DNA from: Acidobacteriota bacterium
Lineage (GTDB): Bacteria > Acidobacteriota > Thermoanaerobaculia > Multivoradales > J023
Reading direction: 5' to 3'
NCBI GenBank assembly: GCA_038748685.1
Contig: JBCDIS010000002.1
Location: 2,226 to 66,225, forward strand
DNA length: 64,000 bases
Positions 18,389-28,428 of the stretch are shown here, in pieces; the first letter of the stretch is position 1, and every line of letters starts with the position of its first letter. The translations under genes and the position numbers were made by a program. A model generated the notes under the pieces. That model searched no databases. It was given only the letters and a program-made list of their open reading frames with translations, and had not been told where the DNA came from.

Positions 18389-20728
18389 CTAGGGTTGGAC
18401 CGTGGACGACTCGGTTGGCAGAGGTGGCTGCGGCCACACGTCAGAGGTTTCGTCCGGGACGACCTCGAAGATCGCCAAGGGGGGCAACGACTCGACATCA
18501 TGGAGGAGGCGTTCGAGGCTTTGGGCCGACATCTCGACGTGGGCCAAGCGCCAGGTCCCAGGGGCGAGGTTTGAGAGCTGGAGCACTGGGCCTGAGGGCG
18601 GAGCTGCCATGACCGAGCTCGTGTGGAGTAGGGCGCCGGTTTGGGAGATCAAGACCAGACCTTGGAGCTGCGACGGAGTCCACGGCTCCCCGGTCCAGGA
18701 GTAGAGGCGAGCGTGGCCACCCCGACCCGAGACTTCGAGCACGATTGGGCTCTCTAGAGCCCGCCGGACGCTGAGCCAGGGAAAGCCCATTGCCTCGACT
18801 TGAAGGTCCACCGAGCCCCCTTTGCCGGGTGGGAGGGTGAGGGCAAACCAACCCTCCGGGTCGGTGGTGAAGGTTTCCGTACCCGCCATGACGCCGCCCG
18901 ATGGATGGAGGGGCGTGGTCGTCACACGGGCTTTCGGTATGGGATTTCCGGCAGCGTCCACGACCCTCACGGCGACGAGCCGGCTCTCTTCCAGAACGAG
19001 ATCGAGGGGACCCAGGGACTCGTCGTCGCTCAGCTCCACTCGGCGAAGGGAGCTCTCCCGTGAAAACGTCCCTTCGGAGAGCTGAGCTGCAAGCATCCAG
19101 ATTCCCGAGCTCAGAGCATCGAGCTCGAACTGTCCTGTCGCCGTGCTGCGGATGGACCTGGACTCCGCCGGTAGGGCGGAGGCGGTGACCAGGACATCCG
19201 CCACCGGTTGACCGGCGACATCGAGAACTTGTCCGAAAATCCTTCCCTCCGGAAGATCTAGAACCACCGGCTTCTCGGAGTCCAGGAACTCGACGCGCTT
19301 CAGTAGGGAGCGTCGCGCCGGGTCTTCACGCGGACTGGCGACAACGCGGTAGGTGCCGGCATGGGGTAGCAGGACTTCGAAGCGACCGTCTCGGCCGGTC
19401 TCCACCTGCACGACCGATGTCGTCAATGTCTTCGTATCGGCTGTTGGAATCAGCTGGAGGCGACTGGCGACCCCCTCGCCCCGTAGCTGGACCACGCCCT
19501 CGAATCGGGGCACTTCAAGCGACCAGGAGAGGTGGCGCGCCTCGCCCTCCCCGAGGTAGATGTCCTTAGCCGCGACGCTGTAGCCGAGCCCGTCTTGGGA
19601 GAGTTGCAGCTCCAAGCGCCAGTGGCCGGGGGCCAGAGATTCCCAGGAGCCGGTTCCTCGGGCTTCGAAGGTTGCGTGCCGGGCCTGTCCATCGCTCCAG
19701 CCGGCCGTATCCTGAGGGGTGGCGGCCCAGCGAGCGCCGAGCCGGGTAAGGAACTTGAGCGTCCTTGTTTCCACGCCGAGCACCACCTCTAGCCGGGCGG
19801 ACGCGGGAAGCTCAGCCGCAAGGACGAGCCCTTGCCCGTCTTCGAGGGGCGGAGTGGGTAGCAACTCGGGGACATGCTCGCTGTCCGAAGGGTGGACGAG
19901 GACGGAGTAGGGGGCGTCGCTGTCTACGACTAGATCGCACCATCCGCGAGCATCGACTCGGCAGAACGCCAGGGCCTTCTCTGGCAGATCGCGGGCCGCT
20001 GGATCGGAGGGGTCGGCTCCTGGATGAAGCTCGACAGTGCTCCCCGCGGCGGGCTCCTCCGTTCCCCCCAGGGTGCTGTGGACGTGCAGTGTCGCCCCGC
20101 GGGATAGGGAGACCGTCCCGAGGCCCATGGGGACATCGGGTTCGAATGTCAGGTGGCGGCGCGGGAGAGGCGCGAAGGTGGGAACCTGCAAGAAGGAATC
20201 GAAACAGCCCGTGGGTACCCTCGCCGTCCACCGTCCGTCCAGCTGAAGGTCGGCGGGGAGGAGCCAAGAAGACGTGTGTTGACGCTGCGGTGCCGTTCCG
20301 CAAGGGACCAGGCGGACGTCGAAAAGCGGTGGCCACCGGACTGGGGGCGCCCCGTTGACGATGTCGAGGCGTCCGCTCAAGTCCGTCGCGGGAACCCAGT
20401 CGATGTCGACGGGGCCCGAACCGTTGCAGGCGTCCTGGTTCAAGGAAAGCGGCGTACTGACCCAGCCGGGGGCTTGGAGCACCAGCAGCGTGCCGTCGTG
20501 CTGTCCGCACTCGGGCAGTGCCAGCCGGATGCTGCCCAAAGGGTCCGATTCGCCTACAGGGACATCGATCCGTCGCCAAGTGCCCCCGTGACGGAGGTAG
20601 GCCGTGACGTCTTGCGAGGTTGCCGAGTCAGGGGTCTGGACCGTGATGCCACGGCTTTGTGTCTCGCGCGGGAGCTCAGCCGGAAGAAGCGCGGTGGCGA
20701 CCCACAGCGTAAGCGTTGCTATGGCCAT
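18389..20728 (-). CDS. Large secreted hypothetical protein (multi-domain, beta-rich; possible carboxypeptidase-regulatory/Cna-B-like repeats)
   Basis: 779 aa, signal peptide MAIATLTLWVATALLPA. Repeated motifs of the form GxV.D..G.PV..A.V. Only 9 bp downstream of the Cys-rich small gene. Confidence 0.6.
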   Translation of the reverse strand: MAIATLTLWVATALLPAELPRETQSRGITVQTPDSATSQDVTAYLRHGGTWRRIDVPVGESDPLGSIRLALPECGQHDGTLLVLQAPGWVSTPLSLNQDACNGSGPVDIDWVPATDLSGRLDIVNGAPPVRWPPLFDVRLVPCGTAPQRQHTSSWLLPADLQLDGRWTARVPTGCFDSFLQVPTFAPLPRRHLTFEPDVPMGLGTVSLSRGATLHVHSTLGGTEEPAAGSTVELHPGADPSDPAARDLPEKALAFCRVDARGWCDLVVDSDAPYSVLVHPSDSEHVPELLPTPPLEDGQGLVLAAELPASARLEVVLGVETRTLKFLTRLGARWAATPQDTAGWSDGQARHATFEARGTGSWESLAPGHWRLELQLSQDGLGYSVAAKDIYLGEGEARHLSWSLEVPRFEGVVQLRGEGVASRLQLIPTADTKTLTTSVVQVETGRDGRFEVLLPHAGTYRVVASPREDPARRSLLKRVEFLDSEKPVVLDLPEGRIFGQVLDVAGQPVADVLVTASALPAESRSIRSTATGQFELDALSSGIWMLAAQLSEGTFSRESSLRRVELSDDESLGPLDLVLEESRLVAVRVVDAAGNPIPKARVTTTPLHPSGGVMAGTETFTTDPEGWFALTLPPGKGGSVDLQVEAMGFPWLSVRRALESPIVLEVSGRGGHARLYSWTGEPWTPSQLQGLVLISQTGALLHTSSVMAAPPSGPVLQLSNLAPGTWRLAHVEMSAQSLERLLHDVESLPPLAIFEVVPDETSDVWPQPPLPTESSTVQP

Positions 20729-20737
20729 GGAATCGGA

Positions 20738-21124
20738 TCAGCAGCTGCCGCCGGTGCACCGCGTAAACAGCGGAGTAGAGAAGTCCAGGGAACAGTCGCG
20801 GTACCTTCTTTGCGAGATCTCCCAGCCGTCCCTCTGAAGCCTGTCGCAGGTGTTACCCACGCAGCAGACGGCGATTCTCCCGAGGCCGAGGAGACCGGGT
20901 TTCGTCGCGCACTTCATGCACAGCCCGTGCGGAACCGATCCAGAGGATCCACCACACTGGTTATCCGGGTCGATGTGGCGTGGTGCCGGCGAGGTCCCGA
21001 GGTCGGTGGTCTCGACCACTGCATCCGCAAGGCTTGGGTCGACGGTGGTTGAGGTCTCGGAAGCGAGCAGCGGGCAGGTCAGCGTGGCGAGTACCGCGAT
21101 AGATAGGGCAAAGCGAAGCACCAT
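20738..21124 (-). CDS. Small Cys-rich secreted protein, hypothetical
   Basis: ATG 21124 preceded by AAGGGAGGG RBS. Signal peptide MVLRFALSIAVLATLTCPLLA. About 12 Cys in 110 mature residues. Local GC about 50%. Confidence 0.5.
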   Translation of the reverse strand: MVLRFALSIAVLATLTCPLLASETSTTVDPSLADAVVETTDLGTSPAPRHIDPDNQCGGSSGSVPHGLCMKCATKPGLLGLGRIAVCCVGNTCDRLQRDGWEISQRRYRDCSLDFSTPLFTRCTGGSC

Positions 21125-21356
21125 TTCGATCCCTCCCTTGGAGCACCGTTGTCTTCTTAGTTCAGATACAAAGCACATAAATTGTATTTAGACGAAGCGG
21201 GAAGCTCAAGTGGGAGGAGGGTCCGCCAGCGAAATCTCTAGAAAAGCCAAATAGCTTCAGCTGCGCAAGAAGCGGCCAGGGAAGGTCGCCCGACGGGGAC
21301 CCGAAAGGAAGGGTGTCGCGGTAGGGACACCGGCGGCCGATCGAGCACCCTCGACG

Positions 21357-23618
21357 TCAGGCCCGCTGGCGGATCATCAGGACGGCGGTCTGGCTGCCGC
21401 GGATCACGCCGGCGGGTATGCGGCCGAAGACGCGGCGGTGGCGCTGGCGGCTGAGGCCTAGGACGACGAGGTCGACATCGGCGGCGTGCTCCACCACCGC
21501 GTCCACCACGCTGTCCCGGCGGACCACCTTGACCTCGTGGCGGCCGCTGGCCTCGTCGTCCGCTAGGAGCTGGATCTCCCGTTCCAGCCAGGCTTCTTGG
21601 TCGGCGTCGGCCCCGGGTAGGGAAATGCCGAGGTAGCGGACCTCTAGATCTTGGGTCCGCAGGAGGCTGCCGAGGAGGCGGGCCCGCAGGCTGCTCTGGT
21701 CCCGCCGGCCCCCCACCGGCACCAGCACCCGGCGCACCGTCGACGGACGCCAGCCGTCGGGGGCCCGCAGCAGAACGACGTCGCTGGCCACCTCCCGCAT
21801 GAGCCACTCGAGGCTGGCTCCGAGGGCTTCGGGGTCGAGCCCGTCGTCGTTCCCGGCGTCGTCCGTCTGGAGGTCCCCCAGGCCCAGCAGCAGGCTCTCG
21901 CAGCGGTAGGTCTGGGCCACCCGGCGGATGTCCCGCCAGGGATCCTTGGCCACCGTCACCAGGGCTTCCGGTGACAGCTCGGCGGCGAAGGCGGTGGTGA
22001 GGGACTCCCCCAGCACCTGCTGGGCGTAGGCGAGCTGGGGGGGCACCTGGTCGGGGCGCCAGGTCTCCGGCGTCCGCACCACTGAGAGCAGCAGCACCCG
22101 GCCCACCTGGGCCGGCGCCAGGGCGTTCGCCACCATCACCATCGATTCGGCGCTGGCGGGGTTGGCGATGGGGACGAGCACCAGGGGGCTGCGGCCCCGC
22201 AGTCGCACGAGGGTCGGGTCGAGGGCTTCGGCGGCGGCGTCCGCCACCTGGGCGCGGCGGGAGAAGATCGCGTAGTAGAGCCCGCCCCCCGCCGCCAGCC
22301 AGGCGAGGGCGATGCCGCCGGCGGCGGGGACGCTCAGGCCCTGGAAGAGGGCGAGGGCGAGGCAGGCGAGGCCGCCCACCGCGGGCACCAGGGGAAAGAG
22401 GGGCAGGCGAAGGGACTCGGAACGGCCGCCGCCGCGGCGCCGGGCGAGGATGTTGGTCCAGTGGGCGAGGGCGAAGGAGATCAGGAAAATCAGGCTCGAA
22501 GCGGCGCCGGCGGCGGCGACGTCGGGGATCGCGAGGACCGCCACCACCACCGTGGCGGAGGTCAGGAGCACCGCCGCCACCGGGGTGCCGCGGGCTTCGT
22601 CGAGCTGCCGCAGGCGGGCCGGCAGGTTGCGATCCCGGGCCATCACCAGGGCGATGTGGGACGACGCCAGCAGGTTCGCCTGCAGGGCCGACGCCATCGC
22701 TAGCACCGCCGCCAGGATCACCAGCCAGAAGCCGGTCTTCCCGAGGTACGCCTCCGCCGCGATGGCCACCACCGCCTCCGGGTCGGCGCTCGCCATGGCG
22801 GCGATGTCGGTCCCCTCGGGGACCCCCACGGTGGAGATCAGGAAAAGCAGGGGCAGGTAGATCAGAAGGGCCAGGACCAGCGACGCCACCATGGCCCGGG
22901 GCAGATTGCGGCGGGGTTCCTTCACCTCGCCGGCGACGGCGGCGATGAGGTCGAACCCCTGGAGGGCGATGAAGGTGTAGCCCATGGCCTGGAGCAGGCC
23001 CATGCCGCCGCCGGAGAAGAAGGGGTCGAGCCGCTGCCGGATCGCCCCCTCCGGCAGGCTCGGCAGGGCCCACAGACCGCCGGCGATGAGCACGGCGAAG
23101 ACCACCACCTTGCCCACGGTCTCCCACTGGCCGCCGCCGCCGGGGCGGCGGGCCAGGCCCCAGGTGTAGAAGGCCGTCGCCCCCAGGGCCAGGAGGGTCA
23201 CGCACTCGCCGCCGCGGATCCACGTCGGCGGCGCGCCGGCCACCTGGCCCCACACCGCCTCCAGCACGATGGCGGCGAAGGTGCCGAAGCCGAGGGCGTA
23301 GAGCACCGCCGCCATGATCGAGGCGAACCACACCACCCAGCCCACCATGAAGGCCGTCTCCACCGACAGCACCTTCTTGGCGAAGGTGTAGGTGCCCCCC
23401 GACTCGGGGAACGAGGTGGCCATCTCGGCGAAGGTGAGGGCCGTCAAGAGGGCGATGAAGCCGTTCAAGGCGAAGGCCACCAGGGCGCCAGGGCCGGTGA
23501 CCGCGAAGGCGACCCCCGCCAGGGCCAGGATGCCGCCGCCGACGATGGCGCCGACGCCGATGCCGGTGGCCCCCAGGAGGCCGATGTGCCGGGGGTCCGA
23601 AGGGGGGAGACTGCTCAT
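21357..23618 (-). CDS. APC-family amino acid permease fused to tandem C-terminal universal stress protein (UspA) domains
   Basis: 753 aa. About 12 TM helices (GIGVGAIVGGGIL...), then two Usp-like alpha/beta regions (VLVPIANPASAE...; VLVPVGGRRDQSS...VLGLSRQ). Stop of the upstream SSF gene is 7 bp away. Confidence 0.8.
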   Translation of the reverse strand: MSSLPPSDPRHIGLLGATGIGVGAIVGGGILALAGVAFAVTGPGALVAFALNGFIALLTALTFAEMATSFPESGGTYTFAKKVLSVETAFMVGWVVWFASIMAAVLYALGFGTFAAIVLEAVWGQVAGAPPTWIRGGECVTLLALGATAFYTWGLARRPGGGGQWETVGKVVVFAVLIAGGLWALPSLPEGAIRQRLDPFFSGGGMGLLQAMGYTFIALQGFDLIAAVAGEVKEPRRNLPRAMVASLVLALLIYLPLLFLISTVGVPEGTDIAAMASADPEAVVAIAAEAYLGKTGFWLVILAAVLAMASALQANLLASSHIALVMARDRNLPARLRQLDEARGTPVAAVLLTSATVVVAVLAIPDVAAAGAASSLIFLISFALAHWTNILARRRGGGRSESLRLPLFPLVPAVGGLACLALALFQGLSVPAAGGIALAWLAAGGGLYYAIFSRRAQVADAAAEALDPTLVRLRGRSPLVLVPIANPASAESMVMVANALAPAQVGRVLLLSVVRTPETWRPDQVPPQLAYAQQVLGESLTTAFAAELSPEALVTVAKDPWRDIRRVAQTYRCESLLLGLGDLQTDDAGNDDGLDPEALGASLEWLMREVASDVVLLRAPDGWRPSTVRRVLVPVGGRRDQSSLRARLLGSLLRTQDLEVRYLGISLPGADADQEAWLEREIQLLADDEASGRHEVKVVRRDSVVDAVVEHAADVDLVVLGLSRQRHRRVFGRIPAGVIRGSQTAVLMIRQRA

Positions 23619-23625
23619 TTCGGGG

Positions 23626-25080
23626 TCACGGGTCTTCCCGGGGCCAGGGGAGGCTGGCGGCGAGTCCGGTGGCGAAGGTGATGCCGGAGCCGACGAGGGC
23701 GTACCAGGGCCAGGCGAGGGACGTGCCGAAGAATACGGTGGTCATCACCGCGAGGCCCACCACCAGCCCGGCGAGGGCGGCCCGCTGGCCCACCCGGGGG
23801 GCGAAGGCGCCGAGGAAGAAGACCCCGAGGACGATGCCGGTGGTGAAGGCGGCGATGCCGAGAACGCTGGCCACCACCGACGACGCCAGCCACTGGCCGC
23901 CGATGCCGACGGCGATCTGGACGAGGCCGAAGACCACGGTGAGGCCCCGGGTGAGGCGCAGCTGGCGCTCGGGGGAGACGTCCTTTTGGGCGGTGCGGCC
24001 GGCGGCGGGGAGGAAGAAATCCCGCACCGCGGCGGTGGCGCAGGAGTTGAGGGAGCTCGACAGGGTCGACATGGCGGCGGCGAAGACCGCCCCCAGCAGC
24101 AGCCCGAGGAGCCCCGTCGGCACGTGGTCGAGGATGAAGCGGGCGAAGACCCTGTCGGTCCGCTCGAAGGCCGTCTCCGGCGGGAAGGTTTGGTAGAAGG
24201 TGAACAGGGCGACCCCGAGCACCAGGAAAGCGGCGAATTGGGCGAACACCACCAGCCCGCTGGACCACACCGCCCGCCGGGCGTCCGCCAGCCCCCGGGC
24301 GCAGAGGTACCGCTGGACCAGCATCTGGTCGACGCCGTGGGACCCGAGGGTGATGAAGGCGCCCCCCAGGAGTCCCGCCCAAAGGCCGTAGGGCTCGCTC
24401 CAGTCGAGCCGCAGATCCAAGGCCCGCCACTTTCCGGCCTCGGCCCCCGTCGCCACCACCTGCCCCCAGCCGCCGGGGAGCAGATCGAGGAGCACGACGA
24501 AGGCCACCGTCGCCCCCGCCATGTAGACCACGAACTGCACGAGGTCGGTCCACAGCACCGCCCGCATGCCGCCGAGGAAGGTGTAGACGATGGTGACGGC
24601 GCCGATGGACGCCACCGCCAGGGGAAACGCCAGGCCCGTCATCTCTTGGAGGACGATGGCCGAGAGGAACAGGCGCAGGCCGTCCGCCAGGCTGCGGGTG
24701 ACGATGAACAGGGCCGACGCCGCCCGCTTGGCGGCGGCGCCGAAGCGGCGGTCGAGGACTTCGTAGGCGGTGAAGAGGGAACCTTCGAAGTACTGCGGCA
24801 GCAGCACGTAGGCCACCACGAAGCGGCCCACCACGAAGCCGAGGGCGATCTGTAGCCAGGTGATGTCCCGCCCGAAGGCGAAGCCGGGGATGCTCAGGAA
24901 GGTGACCGTCGACGTTTCGGTGGCGACGATCGAGACCAGGATCAGCCACCAGGGCCGGTCGCGGCCGCCCACCACGTAGTCGGCGAAATCGCGGCTCCGG
25001 CGGCCGACCCAGAGCCCGAGGCCGACGACCCCCGCAAGGTAGGCGAGGAGCACGGCGAGGTCGAGAAAGCTCAGGCTCAC
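23626..25080 (-). CDS. Sodium:solute symporter family transporter
   Basis: 484 aa, GTG start. SSF motifs (GGRDRPWWLILVSIVATETSTVTFLSIPG). Confidence 0.8.
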   Translation of the reverse strand: MSLSFLDLAVLLAYLAGVVGLGLWVGRRSRDFADYVVGGRDRPWWLILVSIVATETSTVTFLSIPGFAFGRDITWLQIALGFVVGRFVVAYVLLPQYFEGSLFTAYEVLDRRFGAAAKRAASALFIVTRSLADGLRLFLSAIVLQEMTGLAFPLAVASIGAVTIVYTFLGGMRAVLWTDLVQFVVYMAGATVAFVVLLDLLPGGWGQVVATGAEAGKWRALDLRLDWSEPYGLWAGLLGGAFITLGSHGVDQMLVQRYLCARGLADARRAVWSSGLVVFAQFAAFLVLGVALFTFYQTFPPETAFERTDRVFARFILDHVPTGLLGLLLGAVFAAAMSTLSSSLNSCATAAVRDFFLPAAGRTAQKDVSPERQLRLTRGLTVVFGLVQIAVGIGGQWLASSVVASVLGIAAFTTGIVLGVFFLGAFAPRVGQRAALAGLVVGLAVMTTVFFGTSLAWPWYALVGSGITFATGLAASLPWPREDP

Positions 25081-25374
25081 GGTGCCGTTCCCCTAGGGGG
25101 TCGACGCCTAGGGGCTGTGGTCTTCGCGGAGGTAGCTGGAGGGGAATCCACGTCGTCGGGCCTGAAACTCAAGGGATGTGGGCGGAGGAAACGGGGAGGC
25201 GCTTCGATTGCTCCCGTTTTCGGGCCGATGCTACTATTCCCGTGAAGTTCTAGTGAAAATGTTCATGGCCCCGGCGGTCAGCTTTGTCTTCTGCGGTTCG
25301 CGAGGTTCGGTCCCTGGGACCTGAATCCATCAGCCGCGGTGGGGCCCCGGGGCGAGCGCGAAAGGGACAACCGT

Positions 25375-28320
25375 ATGCACTGGTCCGGGCCCCCACTCCA
25401 CCGCCGTCTCCTCCTTCTGCTGATCGTCACCGGGGTGCTCGCCACCCTCGCCGCGCCTCCGGCGATGGCCCAGCTCACCGGCACCATCGCCGGTGAGGTG
25501 ACGACCCAAGACGGCGAAGCCCTGCCGGGCGTCCTGGTGGAGGCGCAGGGGGACGTGTTGCCCCGACCGCGTACCGTGGTGACCAATGCCGGAGGCAAGT
25601 ACCGGCTGCCCCTCCTTCCCCCCGGCACCTACACCCTGTCGTTCGATATGGACGGCATGGAGCCGGCGAAGCGGCAGGCCCGGGTGTTCCTGGACCAGAC
25701 CACGACGGTGGACGTCTCCCTGCAGGTGGGGGCGGTGGAGGAGCAGCTCGAAGTGGTGGGGGCCGCGCCGGCCCTCGATGTTACCTCCGCCGAGCTCAAG
25801 ACCGCCCTCGACGACGCCGTGATCGAGCAGCTGCCGGTGGGGCAGGAGTACCGGGACCTGGTGAAGCTGATCCCCGGTGTCCAGTACACCGAGGACGCCG
25901 TCCGCGGCCCCAGCGCCGGCGGTAGCGGACAGGACAACGTCTACCTCTTCGACGGCGTCGACGTCAGCGTGCCGCTCTTCGGCACCCTCTCCGCCGAGCC
26001 GTCGTCCCACGACATCGACCAAATCTCCGTCATCAAGGGCGGCGCCAAGGCGGTCGACTTCAACCGTTCCGGCGGCTTCACCATCAACTCAGTGAGCAAG
26101 TCCGGCACCGGCCAGTTCCGTGGCAACGCCAGCTACCAGCTCCAGAACGAAGACACCACCGGCGAGCGGGACACCGGATCGAGCGCCGAGTTCGAGGAAG
26201 ACAAGGATTGGACCATCCTCAGCCTCGGCGGGCCCATCGCCCAGGACCGGCTCTTCTTCTACGGCTCCTACTACCGGCCCACCATCACCCGGGACAGCCG
26301 CTCCAACCTCTACGGCGCCGTCCCCGACGCAGAGAGTGAGCGGGACGAGTTCTTCGGCAAGCTGACCTTCAACCCCAGCGACTCGGTCTTTCTGAACCTG
26401 AGCCACCGCAACTCCGACCGCGAGAACACCGGCGAAGGTGTCACCACCGAGACCCGGGCGGGCTCCACGGCGGAGGGCAGTGAGGCCACCCTCGAGATTT
26501 CCATCCTCGAAGGCACCGCGATCCTCAACCCCGAGAGCTTCCTCAGCTTCAAGTACACCGACTTCGTCAATGACACGTCGTCGCGGCCGGACAACCTCCT
26601 GGATTTCCCCATTTTCGTCGACGGCAGCCTCGGCCTCGACATCGCCAACCTCGACCAGCAGGGCCTGTTTCTGGTGCCCCAGCCCATCGATGGGCAGGAC
26701 GCCTTCAACGACTTCATCGCTCCCCTCGTCGACCGCTTCGGATTCCTCGAGAACGGTGCCCGCACCGGCGGCGGCACGGTCGGAGTCGGCTCGACGATCG
26801 ACGACATCGACTTCGCCCGCCAGAGCTTCAAGGTGGCCTACGACTACCTCCTCGGCAACCACGAGATCCACGTGGGCTACTCCTGGTCCCGCGACGAAGA
26901 GGACCTTTCCCGCACCTCCAACGGCTGGGGCGTGCTCTCGGTGCCGGGTGGACGCACCACCCTGAGCGACGGAACCCCCATCTTCTACGAAGCCCGTTTC
27001 GAGCAGCAGAGTCTGCGGGACGCCTCCGGCGAGGTGATTCCACCCATCAACTCCCGCATCGAATCCCAGAGCTTCGAGATCAACGACACCATCACCCTAG
27101 ACGACTGGACCATCAACGTCGGCGTGCTGGTGAGCAACGACGAGCTCTTCGGCCAGGGCCTGCGGGAGAACAGCGCCAACGTCTCCGGCTTCGAGCTGGC
27201 GCCGGGCAACCGCTACAAGATGTACGAGGTGGACTGGGACGAGATGATCCAGCCCCGCCTCGGCGTCGCCCGCAGCTTCGACGAGGGCCGGACCTCGGCC
27301 TACGCGAGCTACGCCCGCTACCACCCCGCCGCCAACTCCCTGCCGCGGGCGGCGTCGTGGGCCCGCAACCTGCGGCGCAGCATCCGCGCCTACTTCGACG
27401 CCTCCGGCACCTTGATCGGCGTCGACCCCGTGCGCTCCTCCTCCGGCAAGTTCTTCGCCGACGACCTCGATCCGCGGTCCATCGACGAGTTCCTCCTCGG
27501 CTACTCCCGGCAGCTGACCCCGCAGTGGACCCTGAAGGCCCACGCCCGCTACCGCTACGGCCAGAACTTCTGGGAGGACACCAACAACAACGCCCGGCTG
27601 CGCTTCGAGCCCCCGGACGGCATTCCGCGGGAGCTCTACATCCCGGACCTCGACGCCTTCCGGGACGAGGTGGGGGGGTCGTCGTACGTGATCGCCGAGC
27701 TGGACGACGCCTTCACCAAGTATTACGAGGCCAGCGTCGAGGCGGAATGGCGGGGCACCAAGGCCTACGCCCGGGGCTCCTACGTGTGGAGCCATTACTA
27801 CGGCAATTTCGACCAGGACAACACCACCACCGTCAACGACGCCAACGCTTTCATCGGCTCGTCGTTCATCGCCGACGGCGCGGGTCGGCAGCTGTGGAAC
27901 TTCCGCGAGGGGAACCTGCGGGGGGACCGCCGTCACCAGGTGAAGCTCTACGGCTACTACAACTTCGACTGGGACGGCACCCTCGGGGTCTACGCCATCC
28001 ACCAGTCGGGCCAGCCGTGGGAGGCGTGGGACGTGGAGATCTACCGGCAGTTCACCTCCAGCACCAGCGACACCAGCCGGTTCGCCGAGCCCGCCGGGTC
28101 CAGAACCACCGACTCCCACTCCCAGATCGACGTCAGCTACACCCAGAACTTCACCCTCGGGGGGCGCTACAACCTCCAGCTCGTGGCGGACGTCTTCAAC
28201 CTCCTCGACGAGCAGACGGGCTACAACATCCAAAACAAGCGCAACAGCGCCGACTTCGGAGAGCCGAGGACGTTCTTCGATCCTAGACGTCTGCAGCTAG
28301 CGGTGCGCTTCTTCTTCTAA
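25375..28320 (+). CDS. TonB-dependent outer-membrane receptor, Oar-like (N-terminal carboxypeptidase-regulatory-like domain plus beta-barrel)
   Basis: Signal peptide MHWSGPPLHRRLLLLLIVTGVLATLAAPPAMAQ. CarboxypepD_reg-like segment (GTIAGEVTTQDGEALPGVLVEAQ...GKYRLPLLPPGTYTL). Plug-like region and long beta-rich barrel ending in aromatic ...LQLAVRFFF. Confidence 0.75.
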   Translation: MHWSGPPLHRRLLLLLIVTGVLATLAAPPAMAQLTGTIAGEVTTQDGEALPGVLVEAQGDVLPRPRTVVTNAGGKYRLPLLPPGTYTLSFDMDGMEPAKRQARVFLDQTTTVDVSLQVGAVEEQLEVVGAAPALDVTSAELKTALDDAVIEQLPVGQEYRDLVKLIPGVQYTEDAVRGPSAGGSGQDNVYLFDGVDVSVPLFGTLSAEPSSHDIDQISVIKGGAKAVDFNRSGGFTINSVSKSGTGQFRGNASYQLQNEDTTGERDTGSSAEFEEDKDWTILSLGGPIAQDRLFFYGSYYRPTITRDSRSNLYGAVPDAESERDEFFGKLTFNPSDSVFLNLSHRNSDRENTGEGVTTETRAGSTAEGSEATLEISILEGTAILNPESFLSFKYTDFVNDTSSRPDNLLDFPIFVDGSLGLDIANLDQQGLFLVPQPIDGQDAFNDFIAPLVDRFGFLENGARTGGGTVGVGSTIDDIDFARQSFKVAYDYLLGNHEIHVGYSWSRDEEDLSRTSNGWGVLSVPGGRTTLSDGTPIFYEARFEQQSLRDASGEVIPPINSRIESQSFEINDTITLDDWTINVGVLVSNDELFGQGLRENSANVSGFELAPGNRYKMYEVDWDEMIQPRLGVARSFDEGRTSAYASYARYHPAANSLPRAASWARNLRRSIRAYFDASGTLIGVDPVRSSSGKFFADDLDPRSIDEFLLGYSRQLTPQWTLKAHARYRYGQNFWEDTNNNARLRFEPPDGIPRELYIPDLDAFRDEVGGSSYVIAELDDAFTKYYEASVEAEWRGTKAYARGSYVWSHYYGNFDQDNTTTVNDANAFIGSSFIADGAGRQLWNFREGNLRGDRRHQVKLYGYYNFDWDGTLGVYAIHQSGQPWEAWDVEIYRQFTSSTSDTSRFAEPAGSRTTDSHSQIDVSYTQNFTLGGRYNLQLVADVFNLLDEQTGYNIQNKRNSADFGEPRTFFDPRRLQLAVRFFF

Positions 28321-28328
28321 CTTTTGGC

Positions 28329-28366
28329 CCGCGCGATCGGGGCGAGCCCCGGTCGCGCGGGTCGTG
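28329..28366 (+). terminator. Putative intrinsic terminator hairpin downstream of the TonB-dependent receptor
   Basis: Near-perfect 15-bp stem CCCGCGCGATCGGGG / CCCCGGTCGCGCGGG with one mismatch. No clear T-tract, which is common in high-GC genomes. Confidence 0.4.
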
Positions 28367-28428
28367 CGCGCGGATGGTTGGCTGTGTCAAAGATTGCCAC
28401 AGCGGTCGTCTCATGACACTCTCGAGGC

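Noticed and set aside
21238-24855. Long antisense ORFs (21238-23331 and 23392-24855) rich in Arg, Pro and Gly
   Set aside because: They overlap the APC-Usp and SSF transporter genes on the opposite strand. Composition is typical of non-coding frames in about 70% GC DNA.
25081-25374. Possible riboswitch, such as cobalamin, upstream of the TonB-dependent receptor
   Set aside because: No B12-box or other recognisable conserved riboswitch core was seen. Only a short CCCTAGGGG palindrome was found.
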